From assembly GCA_965220085.1 (NCBI GenBank), contig CBDCOZ010000003.1:1920001-1984000 (forward strand): a stretch of 64,000 nucleotides of DNA, in the 5' to 3' direction. How positions within the stretch are numbered: position 1 is the stretch's first letter; every line of letters begins with the position of its first letter. Shown here one piece after another: positions 8,793 to 19,046 of this stretch. This stretch comes from Candidatus Oxydemutatoraceae bacterium (GTDB taxonomy: Bacteria > Pseudomonadota > Gammaproteobacteria > Poriferisulfidales > Oxydemutatoraceae). The notes below the pieces were generated by a model. It was not told the origin of the DNA, ran no database searches, and worked only from the letters and a program-made list of their open reading frames with translations. The position numbers and the translations under genes were made by a program.

Positions 8793-10028
8793 TTGCCGCC
8801 GATGTCGACCGCTTTGAACGCCGCTTTGGAAACGCCGGGGGTTTTGCCGGGGGTTTTGCCGCCGCCTGCGCTTTCCGCGCCGGAGGTTGACGCGGAAAGG
8901 CGCGCGCTGGCGGCTCTGGCGGAGACCGACTGGGATTTTCGCGGCGCAAGCACCGGCGGCGCTACCCACGGCTTTCATCCTTATCCGGCCCGCTTTATCC
9001 CTCAAATTCCCGCCGCCCTGATTTGCGCCTTCACCCGGCCGGGGGAGGTTGTCTACGACCCGTTTGTCGGCGGCGGAACAACCTGCGTGGAGGCCAATCT
9101 GGCCGGCCGCGACGCGCTGGGCGGCGATGTGAACGGACTCGCCGTTCTTGTCTCGCGCGTTAAAACCCGCCCGTTGCCGGAGGGCGCCGTTGCGGCGATT
9201 TTGGAAACCGCCGAGCGCGCGCGCAAGCGCGTGGAAAACTCAAACGGCGAATCTTGGGAGACGCCCGCGCCGTCCGCCGAATGGTTTGAGGGTTTTGTCG
9301 CGCGCGAAATCGCCGCCGTCAAGGGGGAGATTATGCGCCTGCCGAGCGTCCCGCGGGAATTTTGCCTTGTCGCGCTTTCGGCGATTTTGGTCGGCGTTTC
9401 CAGGCAGGACAGCGACACGCGGTATGTCCGCGTCCGCAAGAATTTGTCGTCGGGCGACGCGGTGGCGCGCTACGGGCGGCAACTGCGAAAAATGCTGCGC
9501 CTGATGGACTCCGCCCGCGACGCCCTTTCGCGGGGGACAACCCGCGCGCGCGTTTCCGACAGCCGCGTCCCCGGCGCCTTTGCGGAAAACTCCGCGGACT
9601 TTGTCGCGACCTCCCCGCCGTATCCGAACGCCTACGATTATCATCTGTATCACCGCCACCGCCTGCTGTGGCTGGGCATGGACCCCGCCGAATTAAAGCG
9701 GCGCGAAATCGGCGCGCACGCGCATTACTCGCGCCGGAACGGCTTGGACGAAAACGACTTTCGCCGCGACATGGAGAAGGTTTTTCGCGCATCGTCCCGC
9801 ATCCTGAAGCGCGGGCGGCATTTCGCCCTGGTGGTGGGCGACTCCATTCTGCACGGGCGGCGCGTCCGCAACAGCGAGGTGGTGAAGGCGGCGGCGGCGG
9901 CGGCTGGATTTTCGCCGGTCGCGGATTTCCGCCGCCGGATGGATTCGCGGAAAAAATCCTTCAACCCCGCGCACGGCAACATCCATGCCGAGGACATTGT
10001 GATTCTGCGAAACGACCGGAGGCGATGA
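8793..10028 (+). CDS. DNA methyltransferase M1 (N4-C/N6-A type)
   Basis: HPYPARFIPQI, DPFVGGGTT and TSPPY. Exact start uncertain. Confidence 0.88.
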   Translation: MPPMSTALNAALETPGVLPGVLPPPALSAPEVDAERRALAALAETDWDFRGASTGGATHGFHPYPARFIPQIPAALICAFTRPGEVVYDPFVGGGTTCVEANLAGRDALGGDVNGLAVLVSRVKTRPLPEGAVAAILETAERARKRVENSNGESWETPAPSAEWFEGFVAREIAAVKGEIMRLPSVPREFCLVALSAILVGVSRQDSDTRYVRVRKNLSSGDAVARYGRQLRKMLRLMDSARDALSRGTTRARVSDSRVPGAFAENSADFVATSPPYPNAYDYHLYHRHRLLWLGMDPAELKRREIGAHAHYSRRNGLDENDFRRDMEKVFRASSRILKRGRHFALVVGDSILHGRRVRNSEVVKAAAAAAGFSPVADFRRRMDSRKKSFNPAHGNIHAEDIVILRNDRRR

Positions 10029-11566
10029 TTCAGCGCGAACTGATCTTTGCGGAGCATCCGCTTCGCCCGCGCGAGCGCGAACTGATCTTTGCGGAGTATC
10101 CGCTTCGCCCGCACGAGCGCGAACTGGCGCTGATGGAGTTGCGCGGACTGTTGCCGGACGCGCGCATTCGGGGCGGCGGCGGCGCGTTGCTGCTGAAAAC
10201 ATCCGACCCGGACGCGGACGAGAAAATTCGCCGTCTGGCGTTTTTTTCCCGCTTTCGCGGCGACGGGGGCTGGTGCTTCACGGCGCAACGCGAACTGGAG
10301 GCGCTGGACGGCGGGCGTCCGGGCGTCCGCAACATTCGCTATCTGGCGCACGGACTGCACGAATACAAGGGGCGCTTTTACCCGCAACTGGGCAAGGCGC
10401 TGATGAACGCGGCGGGCGGCGGACAAGGCGCGGCGCTGGACCCTTTCTGCGGATGCGGAACGCTGCTGCTGGAGGCGGCGCTGAACAACACGCCGGCCGT
10501 CGGAGTGGACATCAATCCGGTGGGCTGGATGATTGCGCGCGCTAAAATCGCCGCCCTGCGCCTGGGCGAAAAAAGCGCCGAAAGAATGCGCGACGCCTTC
10601 GCCGGCGAAAAGCCGCCCGCCGACGCGCCCCCGATTCCGGACGGCGCAAACATGGAATACCTGCGGCGCTGGTTTCCCGAATCCAATCTGCGGGAAATCC
10701 TGCGGCTGGACGCGGAAATTCAGGGGGCGTTTTCCGGCGCGGCGCGGCTTTTTCTGCGGGTGGTTTTGAGCGAATCACTGAAGCGCTTTTCATGGCAGGC
10801 CCCGGGCGAGCAACGCGTTCGGCGCAGAAAAGATTCGCCGCCGGACAATGTGCGGGCGTTTTTCCGCGAGCGGCTTTTCTTTCACCTCGCCAAGACGGAC
10901 GCGTTGCGGCGGACGCGGCGGACGACTCCGCCGCGGGCGGACGCGCGGCTGGGCGACGCGCGCAGTTTGCCGGTGGATTCGGGCTCGGCGGACTTTGTGG
11001 TGACCTCGCCGCCCTACGCGACGGCGTTGCCGTACATAGACGCGGACCGCCTGTCGCTGTTTTTCTTCGGCCTGGCGGACCGCAAAACATTCGCCGACCT
11101 GGAGCGGCGCTCCATCGGCAACCGCGAAATATCCGTCGGCGACCGCCGGGCCTGGGAGGCGCGAATCGCGCGCGCCCGGGCGGATTCGGAGTTGCCGGGG
11201 GAGGTTTTGGACTTTTTGGAGGAGGTGCGGGACCGCAACGCCGCGTCGGATTCCGGCTTTCGCCGCCGCAACACCGCCGCATTGCTGTGCAAGTATTTTC
11301 TGGACATGCGCGACGCCCTGCGGGAAATGCGCCGGGCGCTGAAGCCGCGCGGCCCGGCGGCGCTGGTGGTCGGCGACAACTTCACCGTCGCCGGCGGGCG
11401 GCGGATGGAGATTCCCACCGCCCGCTTTATCAATCTGATTGCGGAGCAAAACGGCTTTCGCCTGCGCCGCGCCGTCTCCACCGCGCCGCCGACCGCCTAC
11501 AACATATACTCCCGCAACGCCATACGGCGGGAGACCGTCTCCTTTCTGCAAAAGGCGGAAAAATGA
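10025..11566 (+). CDS. DNA methyltransferase M2 (N4-C/N6-A type)
   Basis: ATGA overlap with M1. HEYKGRFYPQL, DPFCGCGT and TSPPY. 39-bp in-frame tandem duplication near the N terminus (RELIFAExPLRP x2). Confidence 0.85.
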   Translation: MIQRELIFAEHPLRPRERELIFAEYPLRPHERELALMELRGLLPDARIRGGGGALLLKTSDPDADEKIRRLAFFSRFRGDGGWCFTAQRELEALDGGRPGVRNIRYLAHGLHEYKGRFYPQLGKALMNAAGGGQGAALDPFCGCGTLLLEAALNNTPAVGVDINPVGWMIARAKIAALRLGEKSAERMRDAFAGEKPPADAPPIPDGANMEYLRRWFPESNLREILRLDAEIQGAFSGAARLFLRVVLSESLKRFSWQAPGEQRVRRRKDSPPDNVRAFFRERLFFHLAKTDALRRTRRTTPPRADARLGDARSLPVDSGSADFVVTSPPYATALPYIDADRLSLFFFGLADRKTFADLERRSIGNREISVGDRRAWEARIARARADSELPGEVLDFLEEVRDRNAASDSGFRRRNTAALLCKYFLDMRDALREMRRALKPRGPAALVVGDNFTVAGGRRMEIPTARFINLIAEQNGFRLRRAVSTAPPTAYNIYSRNAIRRETVSFLQKAEK

Positions 11567-12669
11567 GGGCGACCCTGCTGCGCGGCGAAAGGAGGACCGG
11601 CGCGGCCCTCGCCGAAATTCTTGAGGGCGGAATCCGGCGAGACTTCCGCTTTGCCGTCGCCTACGCGCGCGCGTCCGGGGCGGCGATTTTGGAAAAGCCG
11701 CTCCGGCAATTCATCAGCGGCGGCGGCGCGGCGCAGGGCATTGTGGGAGTCAATCAGGGCAACACCTCGTATCAGGGGCTGGCGCTGCTGGCCGATGTCA
11801 TCGGCGACGGGCTGCATTTGCGATGCGCACGAAAGGGCGGCGCGATTTTTCATCCGAAACTGTATTTCTTCGGCGACGCGGCCGGGGAAGTTGCGCCCGC
11901 ATCGGTCGTGGTTGGCTCCTCCAACCTGACCCGCGGCGGGCTGCAGGGCAACGAGGAATGCGACGCGCTGCTGGAAAACTTCTCAACGCGCGACGACAGG
12001 GAGTTTGCCGAGTCGGTCGGGGATTTCTGGGAGGGACTGCGCGTCAACAGCGCTAACTTCGCCACCATTCGGGCGAATCCGGACATCCTGAAAGCCCTGC
12101 TGGAGTGCGGCGCGCTGGTTGACGAAAATAAATCGGCGAAAAGGGCCGCGGCGACTCCGAAGGTAATTGAGGAAGCGTTGTCCCGGATTCTGGCAGATGC
12201 CGCCGTTTCGCAGCATGGAATTTTCGCCATGACGCTCAGCGGCTTTGACACCAGCAAGCGAGGCGCGGATCCGGTCGTTCTCATTCCGGTGAGCGCCCGC
12301 GACGAGGACCCGAGATTCTGGTTTTGGCCGGATTTTTTCCAGCGCGAAAAAAAGCTGCTCGGCATGCATTTGGATTCGTCGGTGGACATGGACGGCGAAA
12401 CGCATCCGGAGCAGGTGCGGCTTTACGACTATCCGGACAAGACCGAGTTTCGCCTGAAGTCCGAGATTGTGAAGCGCCGCGGAAACAAGGGCGACATTTT
12501 GGTTGTCCGCCGCAACGGCGACGAGATGCGCCTTTCCGTGATTCGGCGGGATGCGCCGGAGCATGCGACGTGCTTGCGCCGCCTGACTAATCGCGTTTCC
12601 CCGATGAAGCAGTACGGCTATTTCAACCGCATGTGGAGGCGGGGGATGCGGACAGGCTCATCTGTATGA
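11563..12669 (+). CDS. Phospholipase D (HKD) family restriction endonuclease, BfiI/NgoFVII-like
   Basis: ATGA overlap with M2. FAVAYA, FHPKLYFF and VGSSNLTRGGLQGNEE. Confidence 0.82.
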   Translation: MRATLLRGERRTGAALAEILEGGIRRDFRFAVAYARASGAAILEKPLRQFISGGGAAQGIVGVNQGNTSYQGLALLADVIGDGLHLRCARKGGAIFHPKLYFFGDAAGEVAPASVVVGSSNLTRGGLQGNEECDALLENFSTRDDREFAESVGDFWEGLRVNSANFATIRANPDILKALLECGALVDENKSAKRAAATPKVIEEALSRILADAAVSQHGIFAMTLSGFDTSKRGADPVVLIPVSARDEDPRFWFWPDFFQREKKLLGMHLDSSVDMDGETHPEQVRLYDYPDKTEFRLKSEIVKRRGNKGDILVVRRNGDEMRLSVIRRDAPEHATCLRRLTNRVSPMKQYGYFNRMWRRGMRTGSSV

Positions 12670-12845
12670 CGCCCCCTGCGCTATGTAGCCGATTGGCGCA
12701 CCCCCGCCAACATCGCCGCTGAGTCATAAAATCAGTTGATGGCAGGGCACCATAATACAAAGCGCAAGCGGCGATAGCCGGAACAGCTGTGCTTGGCGCG
12801 CCAGCGGATGTCCATGCCCTTCGCTTCTTGTTCGTTGCTCACGCG

Positions 12846-13229
12846 CACACCGCCATAAGTCGATTTGCGTTAATCGGCATAGGAAGGGGAAGTCACTATC
12901 AAGTCGACCGTGTCGCTGCCCATATCAGACAGCGCCTTCAGCGCATCCCCGTGGCGGATTTCCGGCCTCGATAATTTGGTCATAGCAGACATAATACGCG
13001 ATGCCTCCGCACTCAGACTTGTCAGAGGTTGTAGCCTTTCTCGTCGTGCCGGTGGATGTCCAGGCCCTGCGCTTCTTGTTCGCTGCTCACGCGCAGGCCG
13101 ACCAGTAGCCCGGTCACTTTCAGAATGACGAAGCTGATGAGCGCAGTCCACAGCAACACGGCTATGACGCCGATGAGTTGCGCTTGAAACTGCCCGCCCG
13201 TTGTCATCCCTTCCGCAAAGCCGGCGCCG
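12846..13229 (-). pseudogene. Diverged duplicate of the amtB 3' end plus the 5' end of the downstream MTase
   Basis: Matches about 17576-17968 (GGAG..EGMT.GGQFQ.QLIG...DEKGYN; HGDALK.LSDMG.DTVDLIVTSP). A further small amtB fragment lies near 12810-12845. Confidence 0.8.
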
Positions 13230-13577
13230 CCCAAGATAATAGCGGCAATACCATTGAAACCAGCCGCGCGGGTCTTGCGGGTGAATCCATCCCTTGTCGC
13301 GCCACACGCTGAGCGGCTGGCTGGCATTGACACCGAAGAAGTTCAACTCTTTGTGGCGCAGGCCATCGGGTGACAACCTTGCATCCTTGAACCAACTCTG
13401 CGGCAAGTCAGATGGTTTGTCACTGAAGTACAGCCCGCCGAATACGCCAAGCACAAGCATCTCCTTGGGTGTCAGTTCGGGCTTAAACTCTTTGGCAAAG
13501 CTTTTACCGGCAGGCTCCGTGAGTACATAACGATAACCCTTCTGATAGCTATCGGAGTAGCATACTGTTCTTACCAT
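13230..13577 (-). pseudogene. Truncated second copy of the 7210-7716 gene, fused to the amtB fragment
   Basis: Near-identical up to YYLGRR, then switches at the shared sequence cgccgccca. Confidence 0.8.
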
Positions 13578-13676
13578 ATTGAGATAATTGGCAATTCGCC
13601 GATATGCTTTTGGTTATTAACTATCAACCGGAAAGAGTGGCTTCATAGCGTGACTATCTGCGAACCTAAAATGCTT

Positions 13677-14159
13677 TCAAGGCCTTAGCACAGGCCGCTT
13701 TAACTGTCGCCTGAAACGCCGAGCGTGATAGACAAGTTCATACGCAGCATCTTCAATTTCTTCCAAACGGCCCTTTTCTGCATCCCTGCCTACAACCCTA
13801 AAATTACCTTTTGTTATAGATTCGTGAAAATGATTCACCTTTTCCTGTACCCTTTCATTTAAGCTTTCTTCCTGCTTGAAAAGATCATCGACTGCCTTCC
13901 CGATAAAAGTCAACCTTGCGGATATTGATACTTCTTCTGAAACCAGCAGAGCACTATCCTTAGCATCCTGCGCCCAATAAGTTATTGCTCGGTCACGAAT
14001 ATCAAATGTTGCTTCGACAATCGTATTAAGATTATCATCCTGCTGAATAGTTTGCAGAGAAGCCCCCCTTACAAAGTAGTCAAAACCCACTTTTATGGCA
14101 ACGCCAATGATAACAAGGACAACCGGAGATAAATATGGAGCAATGGCATCTAACACCAT
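13677..14159 (-). CDS. Hypothetical protein with N-terminal TM helix
   Basis: PVVLVIIGVAIKVGF hydrophobic stretch. Follows the STAS-like gene. A deleted remnant of it lies at about 7797-7860. Confidence 0.65.
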   Translation of the reverse strand: MVLDAIAPYLSPVVLVIIGVAIKVGFDYFVRGASLQTIQQDDNLNTIVEATFDIRDRAITYWAQDAKDSALLVSEEVSISARLTFIGKAVDDLFKQEESLNERVQEKVNHFHESITKGNFRVVGRDAEKGRLEEIEDAAYELVYHARRFRRQLKRPVLRP

Positions 14160-14178
14160 ACAACGCCTTTAAGAAATT

Positions 14179-14534
14179 CTACTCAGCCTTAGCCTTAGCA
14201 ACCTTTTCGGCCATGCGGATATAGTCTTTAATCAGGGTAATGAAACGCGGGTAGCCGGGCTCTTTGGCAACAAACTCAAATGTTGATTCAATCTGTTCTG
14301 CAGAGTAACCTTTCCGGACAAGACCACCAAAAGCCTCTTCAAGAAACGAAGACGGGTAACCACGCGCACCGTCCAGAATAATTTTTACCTTCTCACCAGA
14401 TTTAATTTTTGGGATAAGGAATTTCTCTCGGAAGTCAGTTCCGTTACCCTTCCCATCTTTCGGATAACGCCCGCCCGGGAACGCCCGCCCGGGTGCTGAT
14501 TGAAATCTTCTGCAATGTTAATTATTTTCGTCAT
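14179..14534 (-). pseudogene. Frameshifted copy of the STAS-like gene
   Basis: Paralog of 7869-8210 with a 14-bp tandem duplication aacgcccgcccggg at 14466-14493. Confidence 0.8.
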
Positions 14535-14583
14535 ATCGGTATAGTCCATTCAATAAGGGTGCCTCCTATATGCCGAGGCAACT

Positions 14584-15645
14584 CTATTCTATCAATTTTC
14601 CCTTCTCCTTCATATGTGATGTATGATGCCAGTACATATTGGAAACTTTGGGCAAATATTGTGTAATTTGTGCCATAGGTGTTTGGAGCCTCAATCCATA
14701 ATGTGGTCGTTGGGTATTAAACCATAGCAGGTAGTCTATCATACGCTCATTGAATTCCCGAATATCGGTCAGCAACAAGCCCTCTTCAAACTCCACAAAT
14801 TCTTCCTGGAGCGTGCGGTTAAAGCGTTCATTGAATGCGTTCATCTTCGGACATTTGGGATACGTGTAGCAGTGCCGGATACCTTGCTCTTGCAGGCAGC
14901 GATCAAACGCGCCGCAGAACTCGGAGCCGTTGTCGGTGAGCACTTGCTCTATCTTGGCGGGGAACACTTCCATCATCAGCTTCATAAAGAACTCGGCAGC
15001 GATGCTGTTGCCACGAGGGACGCCGATAGCAAAGCCAAACCGGCTATACAAATCTACGGCCGTGAACAGATAGCGACGCTGACCTTGAATAAACCGTTGC
15101 ACGGTATCCATGGCGATGCAATGCCCGATACGCTTTGCATTGAAACCCTTTTCAAGACGCTCCTTGCGCTTGCTTTGCGGTGTGCGTTGCCGACGCGGTT
15201 TTGCGGGCACCCAGCGCATCTTATCGGCTTCGCCGGCAATCAGTCGCGCGATGGTGCGCGGCTTGGGACAACGCAAGCCGCGCTCGTCACACCACGGTTG
15301 AATCAGCAGGTATATCTTGGGTGCGCCGTAGGGATAGTTTTCGCGGTGTCGCCGAATCTCGTCGATAATCTCCGGAGGCCAGTCGCGCCGGCGTGGCTGG
15401 CGCGGGCAAGTGCTCTGATTGATTAAGCCGTTAATGCCATAAAGCCGATATTGTCTCCGCCACTCATAGAGCGATGATTTGCTGATGTGGTAAGCGTCCA
15501 TGCTGGCTTTTATGTTGTGGTTCTCCCATAATATAAGGGCTTCAAGTTTCTGTTTTGCTTTATAGCTCATAGTTGCCTCGTCTATTGAAAAAGCAGCTAT
15601 TTTATAGAAACCTTTGACGCCGTAGCCGATGTGTTGATATTGCAT
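14584..15645 (-). CDS. IS481-family DDE transposase
   Basis: N-terminal HTH, then IAMDT, LTDNGSEF and NERFNRTLQEEF. The stop codon lies in flanking DNA. Confidence 0.88.
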   Translation of the reverse strand: MQYQHIGYGVKGFYKIAAFSIDEATMSYKAKQKLEALILWENHNIKASMDAYHISKSSLYEWRRQYRLYGINGLINQSTCPRQPRRRDWPPEIIDEIRRHRENYPYGAPKIYLLIQPWCDERGLRCPKPRTIARLIAGEADKMRWVPAKPRRQRTPQSKRKERLEKGFNAKRIGHCIAMDTVQRFIQGQRRYLFTAVDLYSRFGFAIGVPRGNSIAAEFFMKLMMEVFPAKIEQVLTDNGSEFCGAFDRCLQEQGIRHCYTYPKCPKMNAFNERFNRTLQEEFVEFEEGLLLTDIREFNERMIDYLLWFNTQRPHYGLRLQTPMAQITQYLPKVSNMYWHHTSHMKEKGKLIE

Positions 15646-15700
15646 GTCGGCTACGTTTGTTGTTGAAGCCAAGAATCCAGAATGTTTCTGGCATTATGCA
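14620..15700 (-). mobile_element. IS481-family insertion sequence
   Basis: Imperfect terminal IRs tgtatgatgccagtacatattgga / tgcataatgccagaaacattctgga. TGTGA direct repeat at 14615-14619 and 15701-15705. Confidence 0.85.
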
Positions 15701-16867
15701 TGTGACCTGACCTTTGCCGCTCAATATGCGTACTTTGCCTTTCTTAAGCTGATCTACAGGAGATACAATATCTTTCAGCCCTTTACCATGTCCCGATTTT
15801 GGTTCCCTAGATGTTCTGGAAATATCCAGTGCTGCCTCAATCATTTTTGCATGCTCTTGTAGCACTTTATCAGAAAGTGGAAATCTCTGAGCAAGCCACC
15901 TCTGTAACTCCTGCGAACGCTTCCATCTTGGCAATGTCGCAGCAATGCCAACACCTTGATCGTAAGCAATAAACCTAACCGCTGATTTCTTTTCCGACAA
16001 ACTCCCGGTTACCCACCATTGGTTTTTAATAGGGGGAAAGTTGTACTTGTGTTTGTCAGGATACCCATGCTCTACGCTGTTATATACCGCCTCTATTAAT
16101 GCCCCATAAATAGAAGGGTCCTACCTAGCAATATTCGCTATTTCCTGCAAACGATCTTCCACTTGACCGATGCTCTCTTTATTGAGTGTGTTACCGGTTG
16201 TTAATTTGAGAGTAGTCACACTACTCTCTGAGTTACTCCTATCAAATAAATTGGGTGGCTTTATACCAAGCAACTCAAAAAAGCCAATCTCAACCAACAT
16301 TCGTCCAATTTTAGGGTCCCATTTGTCAACATCTACTGGCCCGAGAGATATTCTCATTTTCTTGCGCCATCGATCAACTTCAGCTGCAAGGACTAGGGTA
16401 GCGGCTACAGACATATCACGGATAGGCACAAGATTAATCATGACCCGTTTATTCCTCCATTCCCCTTGTGTGTATTTCTTAAGGTTATATAGGAATTTAA
16501 CAGTTTCCTTGTAATTCTCTGGTGAAAAGCTGAGAGCCTTTGGCGCGCTGATTACGATAGCATCCCTGCTTTTCTTTTCCTTACGCGGTGATTGCGCCTT
16601 AGCCTTATCTCTGAGCCTCTTGAGTCGTCTTCGATGGCAGTTATGCTCCCCGTGCTTCAAAGCTCTGGTAGAAAGTTTCTCCTTTTCTAGACTACTTTGG
16701 TAACGCATATTAATTAAGGTAACAAACTGGTATAGATATATACAATTTCTAAATCAAGGGGTGGCATTTTGTGAATGGTGACAAGCTCTGTGAGCACATA
16801 GCGATAACCTTTCTGATAGCCATCGGAGTAATGTACATCTTTCCTCGCACACCGAGAGCATTCTATG

Positions 16868-17722
16868 CTATTGGGTAATATACGCCGGAGTCGTTAGGCG
16901 ACAGGAATTGATCTTTTCCAAAACCATGTCGCAATATTCTTCAACGATGTCAATCCCTATGGCATGACGGTTCAGGTCCATGGCCGCATATATCGTTGTG
17001 CCCGATCCCATGAATGGGTCCAACACCGTATCGCCCTCATCGGTAAACAACTTGATGAACCACTCGGGAAGGTGGCGTGGGAATGTAGCGCTGTGGTTAC
17101 GGTTTGCACATTCTGTAGCCATGTGAAGAACATTTGTCGGATAGGCCATGCTGCGCCCCAGCCAATTGGATATGTTCTTGCCGAACCCACTCTCGGCCTT
17201 GGACTCGTCGCGCCGCTTGTCGGTATCGCTGAGGTTTTTCAAGCGTGTATTGGCCCAGTCGCCCATCGGCACCATGACAGCTTCCTGATTCATCTTGAAC
17301 TGCTTACTCTTATTAAAATGTAGCAACCTTTCCCATGCATCGCGGAAACGATTCGGCCACTTGCCCGGATAACAGTTGCGTTTGTGCCAAATATATTCGT
17401 CAGTCCAGTACCAGCCCCGTTCGCGCATACCGAGAATGAGTTCCAGTACATAAGTGTGCCGCTCTCCGGCAACGACCCGCTCCTTAATATTGAGGACAAA
17501 ACTGCCTGTAGGTTTTAAGACCCGTAAGAATTCGTCTGTATAAGGCATAAACCAGTCAACATATTTGTCGGGAGACACACCACCATAAGTTGATTTGCGT
17601 TGATCCGCATAGGGAGGGGAAGTCACTATCAAGTCGACCGTGTCGCCGCCCATATCGGATAGCACCTTCAGTGCGTCCCCATGGCAGATTTCCGGCGCTA
17701 ACAGATTGGTCATGGTAGACAT
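16868..17722 (-). CDS. Solitary DNA methyltransferase (beta class)
   Basis: VTSPPY precedes HSATFP and VLDPFMGSGTT. Confidence 0.9.
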   Translation of the reverse strand: MSTMTNLLAPEICHGDALKVLSDMGGDTVDLIVTSPPYADQRKSTYGGVSPDKYVDWFMPYTDEFLRVLKPTGSFVLNIKERVVAGERHTYVLELILGMRERGWYWTDEYIWHKRNCYPGKWPNRFRDAWERLLHFNKSKQFKMNQEAVMVPMGDWANTRLKNLSDTDKRRDESKAESGFGKNISNWLGRSMAYPTNVLHMATECANRNHSATFPRHLPEWFIKLFTDEGDTVLDPFMGSGTTIYAAMDLNRHAIGIDIVEEYCDMVLEKINSCRLTTPAYITQ

Positions 17723-17753
17723 GATACACGATGCCTCTTTGGATATATTTTTC

Positions 17754-19046
17754 TCAGAAGTTGTAGCCTTTCTCGTCGTGCTGGTTGATATCCAGGCCTT
17801 GCACTTCTTGTTCGTTGCTGACGCGCAGGCCGCCGACTAGCATCCCGGTTACTTTCAGAATGATGAAGCTGATGACCGCAGTCCACAACAGCACGGCTAT
17901 CACGCCGATGAGTTGCACTTGAAACTGGCTGCCCACCGTCATGCCTTCTACAAGGCCGGCGCCGCCCCAGCTTTGCGTAGCAAATACGCTCACCAGAATG
18001 GTTCCGAGAATGCCCCCGACACCGTGGACGGGGAACACATCCAGTGAGTCGTCTATCTTCAGCGCCTGCTTCATGAAGCCGGTCATGAAAAAGCACAGGA
18101 TGCCGGCGCTGAGGCCGATAATCAGTGCGCCGGCCGGTCCGACAAAGCCGGAGGCGGGTGTGATCGCACCCAGCCCGGCGACCATTCCGGTCACGATGCC
18201 AAGCGCACTCGGCTTGCCGTACTTGACCCATTCCAGTGCGGCCCAGACCAAAGAGGCGGTGGCGGCGCTGGTGTGGGTTACGAGCATTGCCATGCCGGCA
18301 TCGCCGTTTGCCGCGACCGCGCTGCCGGCGTTGAAACCGAACCAGCCGACCCACAACATTCCGGCGCCGGTGACCGTCATCGTCAGGTTGTGCGGCAAGA
18401 TCATGGTATGCGGAAAGCCTTTGCGTTTGCCAAGCGCCAGCGCCGCGACCAGCGCGGCGGTGCCAGCGGTTACATGCACGACGGTGCCGCCGGCGTAGTC
18501 GAGCAACCCCAGCTCGCTAAGCCAGCCGCCGCCCCAAACCCAGTGGCATACCGGGATGTAGACCAGCGTGACCCACAGTATCGTGAAGATAACAACGGCG
18601 GAGAATTTCATGCGCTCGGCGAAACCGCCGATGACCAGCGCCGGAGTGATGATGGCAAAGGTCATTTGAAACATGACATAGACCGACTCGGGGATGGTGC
18701 CGCTCACCGAATCGCGGCCGACGCCGTTGAGCCAGATATTACTCAAGCCGCCCAGCCACGCATGAAACGCCCCGCCGTCTGAGAACGCAAGCGAATAGCC
18801 GTATATCAGCCACAGGATTGATACGATGCACGTGATGGTGAAGCACTGCATCAGTATGGATAGCACATTGCCGCTTCTGACAAGCCCGGCGTAGAACAGG
18901 GACAAACCCGGAATCGTCATGAACAAGACCAGCGCGGTGGCGACAAGAAGCCAGGCGGTATCGCCGCTGTCCGCGCCGTTTGCCGCAACGGCGACAGCCG
19001 GCAAGCAGAACAGCATGGCAAAAGCCGCCAGCAACCGCCTTTTCAT
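17754..19046 (-). CDS. amtB: Ammonium transporter
   Basis: FQMTFAIIT, DYAGGTVVH, LWVGWFGFNAGS and DDSLDVFPVHGVGG. Start at MKRRLLAAF. Confidence 0.96.
   Translation of the reverse strand: MKRRLLAAFAMLFCLPAVAVAANGADSGDTAWLLVATALVLFMTIPGLSLFYAGLVRSGNVLSILMQCFTITCIVSILWLIYGYSLAFSDGGAFHAWLGGLSNIWLNGVGRDSVSGTIPESVYVMFQMTFAIITPALVIGGFAERMKFSAVVIFTILWVTLVYIPVCHWVWGGGWLSELGLLDYAGGTVVHVTAGTAALVAALALGKRKGFPHTMILPHNLTMTVTGAGMLWVGWFGFNAGSAVAANGDAGMAMLVTHTSAATASLVWAALEWVKYGKPSALGIVTGMVAGLGAITPASGFVGPAGALIIGLSAGILCFFMTGFMKQALKIDDSLDVFPVHGVGGILGTILVSVFATQSWGGAGLVEGMTVGSQFQVQLIGVIAVLLWTAVISFIILKVTGMLVGGLRVSNEQEVQGLDINQHDEKGYNF

Larger units (their letters stand above)
14531..16708 (-). pseudogene. HATPase_c-fold (GHKL) ATPase gene, broken by an in-frame TAG (16121-16123) and an IS481 insertion
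   Basis: Reading past the TAG gives EAVYNSVEHGY...YDQGVGI...GHGKGL. Removing the IS restores GKGQVTYEGEG...GGTLIEWTIPI*, which overlaps the STAS ATG. Confidence 0.78.

Noticed and set aside
9362-12669. Long N-terminal extensions of ORFs 9362-11566 and 10792-12669 (likewise metG 23987, amtB 19265, rnfB 26553, trxB 47070)
   Set aside because: Extensions overlap upstream genes or repeats and are low-complexity. Coupled or motif-consistent internal starts fit better.
16121-16123. Programmed amber readthrough (pyrrolysine or recoding)
   Set aside because: The same gene is also broken by IS481 and TAG is a normal stop in other genes here, so a nonsense mutation is simpler.
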